Positions 1 through 11,032 of a stretch of DNA of 64,000 nt are shown here, in pieces; the first letter of the stretch is position 1, and each line of letters begins with the position of its first letter. Location of the stretch: the IMG/VR virus record IMGVR_UViG_3300033076_000691, positions 39,768 through 103,767 of that record. One strand, given 5' to 3'. Origin of the DNA: a virus (taxonomy: Duplodnaviria; Caudoviricetes). The position numbers were made by a program, and so were the translations under genes. Below the pieces are notes generated by a model. That model searched no databases. It saw only the letters and a list, made by a program, of their open reading frames with translations, and had not been told where the DNA came from.

Positions 1-32
1 TGTGGTATGCTTGTAATTCTATACTTTGCCAT
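1..32 (-). CDS. 5' start of the next gene (MAKYRITSIP...), truncated by the window edge
   Basis: ATG at 32-30, 2 nt after the stop of the 35..4429 ORF; frame open to the edge. Confidence 0.6.
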   Translation of the reverse strand, partial: MAKYRITSIP

Positions 33-34
33 GG

Positions 35-3000
35 TTAGATTTTTTCAAATGTATATCCAAGTTTTTCTAATTCTCTCATAGTAGCTTCATCTACTTCATC
101 TCCTAAAGTATAATCAACATTACCACCTTCTTCCCAGCTATCTAATGTTTTATATGTTTTAGGATCTACAACAAAGTTGTTTTCAATTAAGAATGGTTTA
201 CCACCAACTAATTTTAAAGCTTCTACGTTCTGCAATGGTTTAAAAAATGAACTTGCTGCAATTTGTTTTGCTGCATCTGTTGGATTTAAATAGGCATGTC
301 CTCTTTTTTCCCAAGGATTAAGATCCCAAATATCATTTGTTGTAAATTGTAAACCTTGTGGATGATCATTTATATCCCATCCAAATCCACCCATTACACC
401 AAACTGATCATTATCCCAAACTTTACCTGTTGAAACACCTGAGAATGGTTGTAAATCATTTAATTTTGCATGTCTTGATCTTACCCATGGATTCCATCCA
501 GCAATTCTCATTGCATCTTGTTGTCTCATCCAATCATCAAGCTCTTGTTCATTTCCATAATTTGCTTGTCTTTTTATTCTATAATGCTCTCTAGTTAAAT
601 CTTCTAAAGGATTATGTCCAAAAGATAAACCCTGTTCATATCCTGATGCTCTTAAATCATTATACAAATCATTAAAGTAATCCGGACTATATGCAGTATT
701 TAACATGCGGAACTTATTATCTCCAATTTGTTCTAATGTACCATATTCTTGTGGTAATCCTAAACCAACTGCCCAAGCATCTAATCTTCTTTGACCAATA
801 TCATTTAATTTACTTAAAGTAGACTGATCAAAAACTTGCATTCTATCTTTATCAGACATTTTTTTAAACTCCTCTAATGGAATTCTTTTTATTTTTAATA
901 ATGTTTCAAGATGTGGTTGATGTCCATACTTTAAAGACATTCCTACTCTAAACGGTCTAGTTTCATTACTAACAGTATTTTTATATAACTCAGTAGGTAA
1001 TGCTTTTACTTTATCTAAAATAGCATACCCAGCTGGATTTATTGATTTATATAATCCAGCTCTTCCTAACTTTCCTAATTCTGATAAACCTACCGGTAAT
1101 CCATTTGCAGCTTTAGGTAAAAAACCACCATTAGCATATTGTCTTGTTAATCTATAATTTGGTACTTGTATTTCTTTTAAAGAGCTTCCTGGCACATTAA
1201 AGACTCTAGCTTGTTCTGTCATTCCTTTTTGCAATAACATATCATTAAGTCTTTTGACCATTTCATCAGCAGTTTCTTGTTTTAATGATCTACCCGTACG
1301 AATACCTCTAGGAACTTCTAATCCTTCAAATAAGTTATGATTTACAGACATATAATTTAAAGGTATATGATTTTCATAAGTCATTTGCCAATCAGGTCTT
1401 TTACCCATATTAAGCAACATATTATATGAATCTAAACTTAAACTATATGGTTCTAGAATAGATGGGTTAGGTTTTGTAAATGCTTGATTCATTAACTGAA
1501 ATGCTCTTCCAGCTTCAATTGAATTTGGCATCTTAGCAAGGAAATGAAAAGTATTATCATCTACACCTTTAACTTTTGGATTTGGATACAATGTTAAATA
1601 ACCTGATTGATCTTTATTATAAATATCAAGAGGAAATGTTACATTAGCTGGAAAATCTGCAGGAATACTTCCTAAAGTTAATTTAGTTGGAGGTACTCTA
1701 GGTATTATTGAAGTTGTTCCTCGTACCCAACCTGATGGTGAAGGTACTTTAGATACTTTTGAAAGTGCATTACCAGCTTTAGTTATCATTCCATAACTAG
1801 CTTTAGTAAGTTCAGGAACAGATATATCTTCAATAATGTAACCACCTTTAGCATATTCTTGAATCTCTTCTGGTGTAAGGTCTGCTTCAATATAATCTTC
1901 TTCAGTTGGTTTACCTTTTAAATAGTTACGGATGTCTTTAGCAGCAGCTCTCATTTCAGGAGAGTCATACTTTCTTTCTATTCTATAATCTTTTCTACCC
2001 TTTGAAAACATACCAATACTACCTGGAGCAAGTTGTGCTCTTAACTGACCATCTATATAATTTTCATCAAATCTATCTCTACTTTGAGTGCTACCATTTT
2101 TTACTTGTCCTTCATACTCCCAAGTCATATCCTCACCTCTTGCATCTCTTACAGCTTTTTCAAAGTTTTGTAAAAGAGGTTGGTAGTTTGGATCATCCCG
2201 CATACCATGCATCATATCTAAGAATACATCTCCTCTATTAGCACCTCTTGGATTATATAAAGCAAGATACGTATTTGGTGATGGATTTGGATAAATATAT
2301 TCAGGACCATTTTCTTCGATAAGATTATCATATCTTATTTCAGGATTACCTTCTGGAAATTGAAATTCTATATCTCCGTAACCCACACTTCTAGCATCAT
2401 AGTTAGGGTCTTTTACAATACTTAAATTCTCCCCTTCTGCACCATAGACACCCTGCATACCAGGATATCTTTTCATTAATCTTTTCTTGAACTTATCACC
2501 TGATTCACCACCATCTTGAAAATACTGAGAGTTAGGATCATAAATTTTATTTTTTCTAGATTTAGGTTGTGCAAAAAATGGATGCTCAGCAAGTAATCTA
2601 TTTGTTGCTTCTAAACTTCTAGAGTATGCACGGGCATTTTTCTTTTTAGGTAACTTAGGAATACTACCACCTTTTTTAAAGTCTTCTGGTTTTTCTAAAT
2701 CCGGAATACCTGATAGGTTATAATTAGAAGTAAGTTCCTCATTTGGTTTTATATCTCGTGTTGCAACCATAACAATATGGTCACCATTATCAACCTCTCT
2801 TACATTTGGTTCTTCACTATGATTATAATAACCTAATACAGTAGATGGGAATGGTGCTTGATATAATTCTCCATTTCTATTAAATACTTTTCTAATATGT
2901 GATATTCCAATAGGTTCTCCTGCTCTTATAGGTTCATTTGTAAACAAACCTTTACCTTGAATCTTAGATGGTTTTACACTTACTTGTTTGTAAATAGGAG

Positions 3001-4429
3001 TATCAACTCCTTCTTTAGCACTAACAAATTCTTTTGGTGATTCACCACCTTCTTTTTTAACAACTCCTCCATCTTTATTTCTTGCACCAGATCTATTCAT
3101 AAGTTGATTATATGCATCAGATCCAGAAAGTTTATTTGATGTTTCTTTTTGCCATCTTTCTAATGCAGAATTACGCAGTTTAATAATAACTTGTTTTCTC
3201 CAAGCTTCTAATTGTTCTGGTGTAGCATTATTAATATCATCAAGTTTTAGTCCAAGTTGACCACGAAATTCACTAGCAATAAGTTTAGGGTCTCCTGTAT
3301 ACAACGGACTGTTAATATCATATGTATCAATATACTCTTTATATGTTCTTGGTAATGTATCTTCTCCTTTTGTTAAACTACTTAAAGAAGATTTATTAAG
3401 CATTTTTTTATTTGTAAAAGTTGGATTGTATAAGCCTTTATTAATTAATGCTTCAGTTTGCTCTGGTGAAAGTATCTTACTTCTAAAGTTTGGCATATAA
3501 ACTCCAGGAAATAAATTAGAAAATAATTCATCTCTACTTGTATCTTGATTAAATGCGTTCCACATAGTCGTAGCTGGGTCTTCTGGATACATTTTATCAA
3601 ATTGATTCCGAGCATTACGGTAATCAATTTCTTTTTGAAAAAGATTTATAATTTCTTTATCTGTAAAAAAATCTTCTTTTGACGGCATCCATTGAGGACC
3701 TGCTAGTTGGTGTAGAGCATTTTGAGATACTTGCCAACCAGGACTAAAATTTTTAAATTCATAATCTTTACCTTTAATTAAATTGGGATCATATCCATCA
3801 AGTTTACCAGAACCGTATAATGAAGAATATGCATTTTTTAATCCTTCTTGTCTCCAATTAGGGTCTGTTTCTAATTGCTGAGTTGCTTCATTTAATATAT
3901 TATAATCTTGTGGATCAATATAATATGCTTCTAATCCTGCAGGTAAATAAGGATCTCCACCAAATCGTATTGGAAAGTAACTATCAATTGCAGGATTAGT
4001 TAATAAATTTTTAGTATCTTGAGTCATTATAGGAAACTTAGCAACAACTTTGGGTGCGGTATTTCCTAGTGTTGACATAATGGGTGGTAATCCCATCATT
4101 TTACCGGCTGATCCTGAAAATCTAGTAAGACCTCCCATTGATTTTTTAACCAATGATTTGTTATTTGTTGGAAATTCATCAACATAATCAGCATCTGGAA
4201 AATGATAATCTTGACCAGGATACATCATCCGTGGTTGACCAACATTTGGTTTTGCCATTACAGGATATGGTACTCCCTGCATGGTAATTGTATTAGAAGG
4301 GATACGAGTTATTTCTCCTGGATGTGCCCACTGACCATTAGGATCTACAATAATATCTTTCTTAGCAGTTGGAGCTTTTGCATTACCAAGTTTTCTAAGA
4401 GCATCAATAAGTACTTTTTTATTATGCAT
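35..4429 (-). CDS. Large modular putative virion cargo/ejection protein (1464 aa) containing a SET domain
   Basis: Directly downstream of the muzzle gene, where crAss-like phages place cargo genes; SET motifs GKGLF...GYYNHSEEPN...ATRDIKPNEELTSNY; recurrent xxGG motifs. Confidence 0.65.
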   Translation of the reverse strand: MHNKKVLIDALRKLGNAKAPTAKKDIIVDPNGQWAHPGEITRIPSNTITMQGVPYPVMAKPNVGQPRMMYPGQDYHFPDADYVDEFPTNNKSLVKKSMGGLTRFSGSAGKMMGLPPIMSTLGNTAPKVVAKFPIMTQDTKNLLTNPAIDSYFPIRFGGDPYLPAGLEAYYIDPQDYNILNEATQQLETDPNWRQEGLKNAYSSLYGSGKLDGYDPNLIKGKDYEFKNFSPGWQVSQNALHQLAGPQWMPSKEDFFTDKEIINLFQKEIDYRNARNQFDKMYPEDPATTMWNAFNQDTSRDELFSNLFPGVYMPNFRSKILSPEQTEALINKGLYNPTFTNKKMLNKSSLSSLTKGEDTLPRTYKEYIDTYDINSPLYTGDPKLIASEFRGQLGLKLDDINNATPEQLEAWRKQVIIKLRNSALERWQKETSNKLSGSDAYNQLMNRSGARNKDGGVVKKEGGESPKEFVSAKEGVDTPIYKQVSVKPSKIQGKGLFTNEPIRAGEPIGISHIRKVFNRNGELYQAPFPSTVLGYYNHSEEPNVREVDNGDHIVMVATRDIKPNEELTSNYNLSGIPDLEKPEDFKKGGSIPKLPKKKNARAYSRSLEATNRLLAEHPFFAQPKSRKNKIYDPNSQYFQDGGESGDKFKKRLMKRYPGMQGVYGAEGENLSIVKDPNYDARSVGYGDIEFQFPEGNPEIRYDNLIEENGPEYIYPNPSPNTYLALYNPRGANRGDVFLDMMHGMRDDPNYQPLLQNFEKAVRDARGEDMTWEYEGQVKNGSTQSRDRFDENYIDGQLRAQLAPGSIGMFSKGRKDYRIERKYDSPEMRAAAKDIRNYLKGKPTEEDYIEADLTPEEIQEYAKGGYIIEDISVPELTKASYGMITKAGNALSKVSKVPSPSGWVRGTTSIIPRVPPTKLTLGSIPADFPANVTFPLDIYNKDQSGYLTLYPNPKVKGVDDNTFHFLAKMPNSIEAGRAFQLMNQAFTKPNPSILEPYSLSLDSYNMLLNMGKRPDWQMTYENHIPLNYMSVNHNLFEGLEVPRGIRTGRSLKQETADEMVKRLNDMLLQKGMTEQARVFNVPGSSLKEIQVPNYRLTRQYANGGFLPKAANGLPVGLSELGKLGRAGLYKSINPAGYAILDKVKALPTELYKNTVSNETRPFRVGMSLKYGHQPHLETLLKIKRIPLEEFKKMSDKDRMQVFDQSTLSKLNDIGQRRLDAWAVGLGLPQEYGTLEQIGDNKFRMLNTAYSPDYFNDLYNDLRASGYEQGLSFGHNPLEDLTREHYRIKRQANYGNEQELDDWMRQQDAMRIAGWNPWVRSRHAKLNDLQPFSGVSTGKVWDNDQFGVMGGFGWDINDHPQGLQFTTNDIWDLNPWEKRGHAYLNPTDAAKQIAASSFFKPLQNVEALKLVGGKPFLIENNFVVDPKTYKTLDSWEEGGNVDYTLGDEVDEATMRELEKLGYTFEKI

Positions 4430-7400
4430 TATCTAGGGGAATACTGATTTTTACTATTGTTCATTTTAAGAATCATGTTTACATTATCACATTGTTTCTT
4501 TCTTAATGATACAAAATTAAGGTAGTGTCTGAATTTTTTTCTTTGCATTTCAGGCTTACCATAATTCATATTATTAGGATTCAAAATTCTTGTGAATCCA
4601 TCAGCTGCAGTAATCCATGTATTCTCACTAGAATAATTACCAAGAAGAACAGTAGTTCCTGGAACCAATGGTCCTGTAGGAGGATAGTCTGATCCAATAG
4701 GAAACTCATCTCTATTTCTTGTTATATCCCAGAATTGATTAAATCTATATTTATTTTCTTCTTTAGAGAAAAGTATATCATATGAAAACTGATTAGTACC
4801 AAGCTTTGGATACTGCAGTGATAAATTAACATCATTCTTTGGATAAAGATTTAAGTTAAGATATCCAGATACTTGTTCTGAGTTATACACTACAGCTTCA
4901 TCAAAGTTGTAATCAAGAACTTGGTGTTGATCAATACAACTATTTCCATTTCTTCTATAACATTCAAGGATATATTCCATTGATCTAGTAGTCATTACTG
5001 ACTGTCCAGTCATAATTGGAAACTCTATTTCCCATCCTCTTTGTATACCATAGAAGTTACAGAATCCATCACAGATATAATTATGTTTCCAAAGCGTATT
5101 ATTCTTAGTACTTAAGAAAATATCTTTAGTAGGAATAAGTAAATCCGGATGCCAGTCATGGAAACTTAACCAGTATTGATTTTTAGGGTCATAACTAATT
5201 GTCCATGATGCATCATCAAATAAGAATGGATCACCTAACATATAAATGTTATTCTGATTATTATCTAGTATAAAATAATCACCTGACCCATCAGAATTGA
5301 TTCCTATATATTTTACTCTACCTTTATACTCATCTTTTAGATAATAGTCTTTTTTAGCAAAATACAATATAGTACTTGAGCTATCATATGTAGCTTGACA
5401 TCCAATACCCGAAACCGGATTATCTTGATATGGGTAATTAGGGAAATCATCTGTCAGCCTGTATGGTAAGTATAAGATAAACCACCATTTCATACCAGCT
5501 TGAGAAATTTCCTGTAATCCATCTCCATAAGTAAAGATACGTCCTTGATTTTGAGACATATAGAAAATACCTACAGGTGTTGAAATAACAGCTAATCTAT
5601 TTTGTGATGAACCAAACTCATATGATTTGTCTGCATTTGATACAGCTTGTTGTGGCTGTGAAAACAATCCACCATCTCCAATAGTAATCTTAGTATTTAA
5701 ATCTGTCTCAAGTGTATCTACACCTTGGAACATTAAAGGACTTTCATTTTTAAACGTAATGAATATACCTGATTTATTAATTGACTTTACACCAGATATT
5801 TGACCTTTAAACTCCTTATAGTTATTTACAAGATAAATAAACCAACTATCTTTTGTTGCTTCAAATTGTTGCGGTAATGAATAGATGATCCTATCAGGAT
5901 AATACGTATAACATAACTTAGCAATTTCAGGATTGTAATATCTTGACTGAATACTTCCTGAAGAAAAATATTGATTGAATAGTTTAGAAACACTTAATGA
6001 ATAGTCATAGATATATTCACTCAATCTTCCCATTACATTAGGATTCATATCAAACATAGCAGGTAGATCTGTATATCTATATGGATCATAGTGTTTACCA
6101 CCTTCTCGTGTGCTTTGTTTTCTAAAGTCAATAAGAACTTCAGACTCTACAAAGAAATCTCTAACACCAGAATTAGCTAAATAAAAGTACGCATCTCTTA
6201 CAGAAAACATACCTTCATAAGCTTTACTAAGATTTCCTGTACCAATACCTATACCCTCTTTTTGATCAGTAGCGTAGTTATAATATCTTTGAGTAATATT
6301 ATTATTATTATAGTCTACATAATAATCTAGATTATAGAATGCACCTGGTAAAGCTCCTGATCCAGGAACAGAAGGGCTACTTATACTTACAGCTTCTGAT
6401 AAAAATGTTACATCATATAAAATGCTATTTACATTAAATCTACTTTGAGGTATCATGTTATGTAAATAGTAATTGTATTCAAAGCCGTCCGGTTGACCAT
6501 ATAACCAATCATAGTAGAACATCATGTTGTTCTTCTCTGTATAACGGTTAATATAGGTATCTCCACCAAATAAAATAGGACTTCTTTGTATTACTGTAAA
6601 GTAATAAGTTTTACCATCTTTTGGACATGTCCATGAAAGTGGTGGATTAGGTATGTTATAGTTAGCTAGTTGTTGCTCACATGGAGTAATTACAATTTGA
6701 CTTTCACTTCCTAATTGACCATACTGATTTCTTACTCTACCTTTTAATCCACCATAGTGACTTGCAATAGTTAAGCTAAAAGGTTTTGTTTTTTCATTTT
6801 CTTTAAAGACGGGTAAGTCTGTATTTAAAAATGCTGGGTCAGATGTATTTTGTGCAATTGTACCTAAGGTAACCAATGACTTATCCTGAACTCCAGAAGT
6901 AATTAAATTAGGTCCAATATTTACTCCATCAGAATATATAGGATTATAGTATGGTCCTGACTTTGTTCTTACTGTAACTGCATCAGATCTTTTTAAGTTA
7001 TTGATACTATAAGAATGATAGTTACCTAAATAGTCTTGATACTTTGTTACTTCTTGAAGATTGTCTCTTATGTAAAAACTATCTTCAATTCTAAATCTAT
7101 TAAGATAAGTATTAGATAGTTTAGTCATATTACTATAGTACCCATGACTTATTTGCTGTAATGCATACTGTCTATAAGGTGTAATAGTATAAAATAACTT
7201 AATTGCAATATCTGCACCTTCAGAAAAGTAATATGAAATTTGATTAAATGCACCTAGTGTTCTAGATACAGGATCTAAATATGCAAATGAAGGTAATTCA
7301 ATAGTCCCTCCAAGAGTTAACTTTGGTATTCCAGCATTATTTGCATTTGTATTTACTGTAGTAATTAAACTATCAACAGCACCAGCATATGCTGTACCCC

Positions 7401-9972
7401 CATAACCATTGGCTAACATTGCAAAAACATCTGCAGCGGCAGTACCTGAACTATAATAAGTATCTAAAAAACTATTAAAAGTACTAACTGCTGCACCAAT
7501 ACGACCTGGAGCACTACTTAATGCAAGATTTTGTGCACTTGAGTCTTCAATAGTACCACTACCAGAAGCAAATACAATTGGACCTGTACCACCAGGACCT
7601 CTATACTGTTCAGTATATGATTGTATTGTTGGTTGATTAATGATTCTTTTACCAATCATTGAAATAACTGCTTCAGCAAGTCCAGCAACAATAGCAGGTA
7701 AAACAGCAAGATTATTTAATAGTTTAAATTTAGGATGTCCGTTTGGTTCTTGAAATGCTAAGTCAGCATAACCATTCAATGTACCATATACTTTAAACTC
7801 TGTAGTTGACAAATACGGAGTTCTAAACATTGTATCCGGAGAATGGAATGTAAAAATATCATTTGGTATTGATTGATTAATTACATTATCATCTTTGTCT
7901 ACATTTTTAATATACGGATCGTTATATAAATAATTATGATCTGAAGAAGTATTTGAATACCCAATTGGTTTAATTGTGTTGTATGGATAGTTAGCATAAA
8001 GTCCTGTTCTATTTTGAGCTAATGATCCTCTCAATTGAAAAGTTCTAAAGTTATTAACCATACCTTTTGCAATAATGGTCTTATTACCTTCTCTTGAACC
8101 TCTTAAGATTTCATAACCTACAATGCCGGGAATATCATTACCATCTTGATCTTTAGGTGCAACAATGTTATCAAAGAACACACCCATCAATCTTATGTTA
8201 TACTGATTACCTGAAGTTGCCGTATTAGTAGTAGGTCTAAAATGTAAAGCATCTGTGCTATTACTATTAGCAATAAAATTTTCTGGAAACTTATGATGTC
8301 TAATATGTTGCCCACAAAGATCATGTGGACCTATTGTTTGACCAACAGGAATTTGAGCACCAGGACCAGTCCAACAATACGTGCTTGAATTCCATATATC
8401 GGGTCTATCATCAGGATAACTTTCTGTAGATTCCCAATAACCCATTTCTCCAATAGCCAATAAAACTCCACCATCATCTAATACCCACTTACCAGCATTA
8501 TTTAATGTTGCTCCAGGTATTGGTGTTAATGTTGGATACATAAGTTGAGTTGCTGTGTTATAAACTTCAAATACTTTATCATCTGTAGATAAAGAATTTT
8601 TATCATTTATATCATCTGCTTCAAATACCGGTGTTCCATTTGGAAGAATAAAAGTTTTAGGTGCTCTTCCTGGAATATGATACGATGATGATTTATCTCC
8701 TGTATTATAAACCCATCTAATAAAAAAAGTATAAACTTCATCTCTTAGATAGTTTGTTTTGTTACCACCTTTCATGTAGTAATCAGCAGGATATTCAACA
8801 CTTGCCCATCTTGTTTGAATAAGATTTGCTAATGGTTGATAGTTAAAATCAAATTTAGATCTTGGACCTACTCTAAGTAAATAACTATTTACTTCTGTTA
8901 TTTGATCTGATGTTTCAAATACAGGAGTTGTAATAGGAAGCTGCTCAAGAGGAATTTTAACAAGACTTGGATTAATCTGATCAATAGCAATTTTTGTAGT
9001 CTTAGTTGAATAAAATCCTATTTGATTTGCAACAGTCTGTTGATTTACAGCCTGGACAATAACTAATACAAACTCATCAAAGTTTACTGAATCAGCACTA
9101 ACATCTAATGTTAATGAACCTTCTAAATCATTAGCTGAATATACAAACTGATAGTTACTTTGTGAAAAGTAATCTGTTACTTTTTGTCCTTTTATTGTAT
9201 AAGCAATAAGTGCAAAGTATGTACCATTAGCTAGAGTACCTCCGGATTGTCCTAATGTTAAATTAAGACAAGGTGTTTCCATTAATCTTGCTAATCTTGT
9301 TGCTTCACAATTTAATGAATTAATAAATTCTACAGTACTACATAAAACCTGATTTGGTTTTTCATTCCATACTACACCAGGCCACAATAAATTTGTAATT
9401 GTTCCGTTACTATAATAGTTCATAGTAGACGGTCCTCCACCTATCCATGTATAATCTAAACTTGGCCAAGTATTTGGATCACCAATATTAATATATCTAT
9501 CAGGATTAAATCCATCTGCCCAATATACTTGCCAAGAACAATCTTCTTTTTCTCTTGCTGAACCAGAAATAAGATATCTTTTATCAAAGTTTAAACAAGG
9601 ATCCTGAACTATTTCTCTATATCTACAAACATCTTCTTCTAATAAACCTATCTCAGATGTAATTCGTTTACCCAAAGAGTTATGTCCTGCAGTAAAGATT
9701 AGCCATTTATCTGAATATAAATAAATAGCACCAATAATATATTTTTGTGTAACAGTAGAAGGCATAGTAGCTCCTGCAGTACCACATAAAATATTTGATG
9801 TTTCATTTGACAATGTACCAACATCTCCTTCAATGGTGTTATTTACAACATTGATTGCATGAGTCCACATTCCTTCAGATACGAATGAAGGATCGGAGTC
9901 TTTATTTAATCCTTTTGTAAAAGAATTAGTAATAGTCTGAGAAGTATCTTGCGGAGATTGTTTCTTTGCCAT
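4429..9972 (-). CDS. Tail stabilisation/muzzle protein (P22 gp10-like, crAss Tstab)
   Basis: ~1850 aa, starts NSFTKGLNKD; contains YLRDEVYTFFIRW, GGDTYINRY and WTISYDP..W.SFHDW motifs; follows the ring genes; start reassigned to MAKKQ (9972) to avoid overlap. Confidence 0.8.
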   Translation of the reverse strand: MAKKQSPQDTSQTITNSFTKGLNKDSDPSFVSEGMWTHAINVVNNTIEGDVGTLSNETSNILCGTAGATMPSTVTQKYIIGAIYLYSDKWLIFTAGHNSLGKRITSEIGLLEEDVCRYREIVQDPCLNFDKRYLISGSAREKEDCSWQVYWADGFNPDRYINIGDPNTWPSLDYTWIGGGPSTMNYYSNGTITNLLWPGVVWNEKPNQVLCSTVEFINSLNCEATRLARLMETPCLNLTLGQSGGTLANGTYFALIAYTIKGQKVTDYFSQSNYQFVYSANDLEGSLTLDVSADSVNFDEFVLVIVQAVNQQTVANQIGFYSTKTTKIAIDQINPSLVKIPLEQLPITTPVFETSDQITEVNSYLLRVGPRSKFDFNYQPLANLIQTRWASVEYPADYYMKGGNKTNYLRDEVYTFFIRWVYNTGDKSSSYHIPGRAPKTFILPNGTPVFEADDINDKNSLSTDDKVFEVYNTATQLMYPTLTPIPGATLNNAGKWVLDDGGVLLAIGEMGYWESTESYPDDRPDIWNSSTYCWTGPGAQIPVGQTIGPHDLCGQHIRHHKFPENFIANSNSTDALHFRPTTNTATSGNQYNIRLMGVFFDNIVAPKDQDGNDIPGIVGYEILRGSREGNKTIIAKGMVNNFRTFQLRGSLAQNRTGLYANYPYNTIKPIGYSNTSSDHNYLYNDPYIKNVDKDDNVINQSIPNDIFTFHSPDTMFRTPYLSTTEFKVYGTLNGYADLAFQEPNGHPKFKLLNNLAVLPAIVAGLAEAVISMIGKRIINQPTIQSYTEQYRGPGGTGPIVFASGSGTIEDSSAQNLALSSAPGRIGAAVSTFNSFLDTYYSSGTAAADVFAMLANGYGGTAYAGAVDSLITTVNTNANNAGIPKLTLGGTIELPSFAYLDPVSRTLGAFNQISYYFSEGADIAIKLFYTITPYRQYALQQISHGYYSNMTKLSNTYLNRFRIEDSFYIRDNLQEVTKYQDYLGNYHSYSINNLKRSDAVTVRTKSGPYYNPIYSDGVNIGPNLITSGVQDKSLVTLGTIAQNTSDPAFLNTDLPVFKENEKTKPFSLTIASHYGGLKGRVRNQYGQLGSESQIVITPCEQQLANYNIPNPPLSWTCPKDGKTYYFTVIQRSPILFGGDTYINRYTEKNNMMFYYDWLYGQPDGFEYNYYLHNMIPQSRFNVNSILYDVTFLSEAVSISSPSVPGSGALPGAFYNLDYYVDYNNNNITQRYYNYATDQKEGIGIGTGNLSKAYEGMFSVRDAYFYLANSGVRDFFVESEVLIDFRKQSTREGGKHYDPYRYTDLPAMFDMNPNVMGRLSEYIYDYSLSVSKLFNQYFSSGSIQSRYYNPEIAKLCYTYYPDRIIYSLPQQFEATKDSWFIYLVNNYKEFKGQISGVKSINKSGIFITFKNESPLMFQGVDTLETDLNTKITIGDGGLFSQPQQAVSNADKSYEFGSSQNRLAVISTPVGIFYMSQNQGRIFTYGDGLQEISQAGMKWWFILYLPYRLTDDFPNYPYQDNPVSGIGCQATYDSSSTILYFAKKDYYLKDEYKGRVKYIGINSDGSGDYFILDNNQNNIYMLGDPFLFDDASWTISYDPKNQYWLSFHDWHPDLLIPTKDIFLSTKNNTLWKHNYICDGFCNFYGIQRGWEIEFPIMTGQSVMTTRSMEYILECYRRNGNSCIDQHQVLDYNFDEAVVYNSEQVSGYLNLNLYPKNDVNLSLQYPKLGTNQFSYDILFSKEENKYRFNQFWDITRNRDEFPIGSDYPPTGPLVPGTTVLLGNYSSENTWITAADGFTRILNPNNMNYGKPEMQRKKFRHYLNFVSLRKKQCDNVNMILKMNNSKNQYSPR

Positions 9973-9976
9973 AATC

Positions 9977-11032
9977 TTAAATAACTCTATTACCCATACT
10001 TCCTCTATAGTATGGGTTATTTGGTGAATGACTTTCAAACATATAGTAGTACTTACCGTACTGTGCTTTTCTATTTGCCCACCAAAGTTGTTCCATCTCT
10101 TTAAAGTTTGGAGTATTAACCAAACTTAATGCATTGTTTCTTGCAGCCTTTAATCTTTGTTCAAGTAACTGCATTCTTTGAGCAACATCTTCACCATTGA
10201 GATAAAGATTTTCCATTATCCTTGATTTCAATGCATATTCATAATACTCATTGAGTAAGTCATGATCTGGAACAAGTAAGTTATCATCATCATCAACAAG
10301 TTCACCTTGGTAGTTTAAATATACTTTACCAGTATCAAATGTTGTAAACAAGAAGCCACCTTTTATCCAACCTTGATTTGGTGTATTATAATAAAGATTA
10401 GGGCAGTCACATTCTATTTCTTGACTAGCCTTCATTCTTAATGGAGTTAAGACAGAATAAGTTCTTGTTACTCCAGTATTTAATACTTGAATAAGTTCCC
10501 ACTTTTCTCCTTTACAATTAACAAATACTCTTGGCTTAATACAAGTATCACCATAGGGTGCTAAAGGATCATATGCATCAGGAATAACCGTTGGTGTACA
10601 AGTTGTAGGGCAGGTGTGATCTGGACATGCTGCAGTATGATTACATGGGTTAGCATTACATACTCTGCAGTTAACTGTTTCCGGTGCACATATATCTACA
10701 GTACTAGGTACTTCGGAATATGGTACTTCTTGAATATTGGTTCCAGATGCATAACCATCATAACCAACACTTTCTGTATAGTGACCACATATAAAAGCGT
10801 AGTTAAATGTATAGAAATCATCTGGTAGTTTTACTTTACCATGACAAACATCTAATACAACTTCCTTTGTTTGATTGATTCTTAAACCTAAATCATAGTT
10901 AATTTTTTTTACTAACTTAATTAACTGTTGAGGTTCAATCATGTTCTCTAAAGCAAAAGTATTTAGATCAACAGTAACATCTTCCAATAACTGGTCAAAC
11001 GTTCTATATTTTAAAGTATAATTAAAGTCCAT
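9977..11032 (-). CDS. Tail tubular/ring protein with a Cys-rich insertion
   Basis: Motifs KLPDDFY and G.VYLNY.G...DDD..LLVPD; position upstream of the muzzle gene. Confidence 0.7.
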   Translation of the reverse strand: MDFNYTLKYRTFDQLLEDVTVDLNTFALENMIEPQQLIKLVKKINYDLGLRINQTKEVVLDVCHGKVKLPDDFYTFNYAFICGHYTESVGYDGYASGTNIQEVPYSEVPSTVDICAPETVNCRVCNANPCNHTAACPDHTCPTTCTPTVIPDAYDPLAPYGDTCIKPRVFVNCKGEKWELIQVLNTGVTRTYSVLTPLRMKASQEIECDCPNLYYNTPNQGWIKGGFLFTTFDTGKVYLNYQGELVDDDDNLLVPDHDLLNEYYEYALKSRIMENLYLNGEDVAQRMQLLEQRLKAARNNALSLVNTPNFKEMEQLWWANRKAQYGKYYYMFESHSPNNPYYRGSMGNRVI

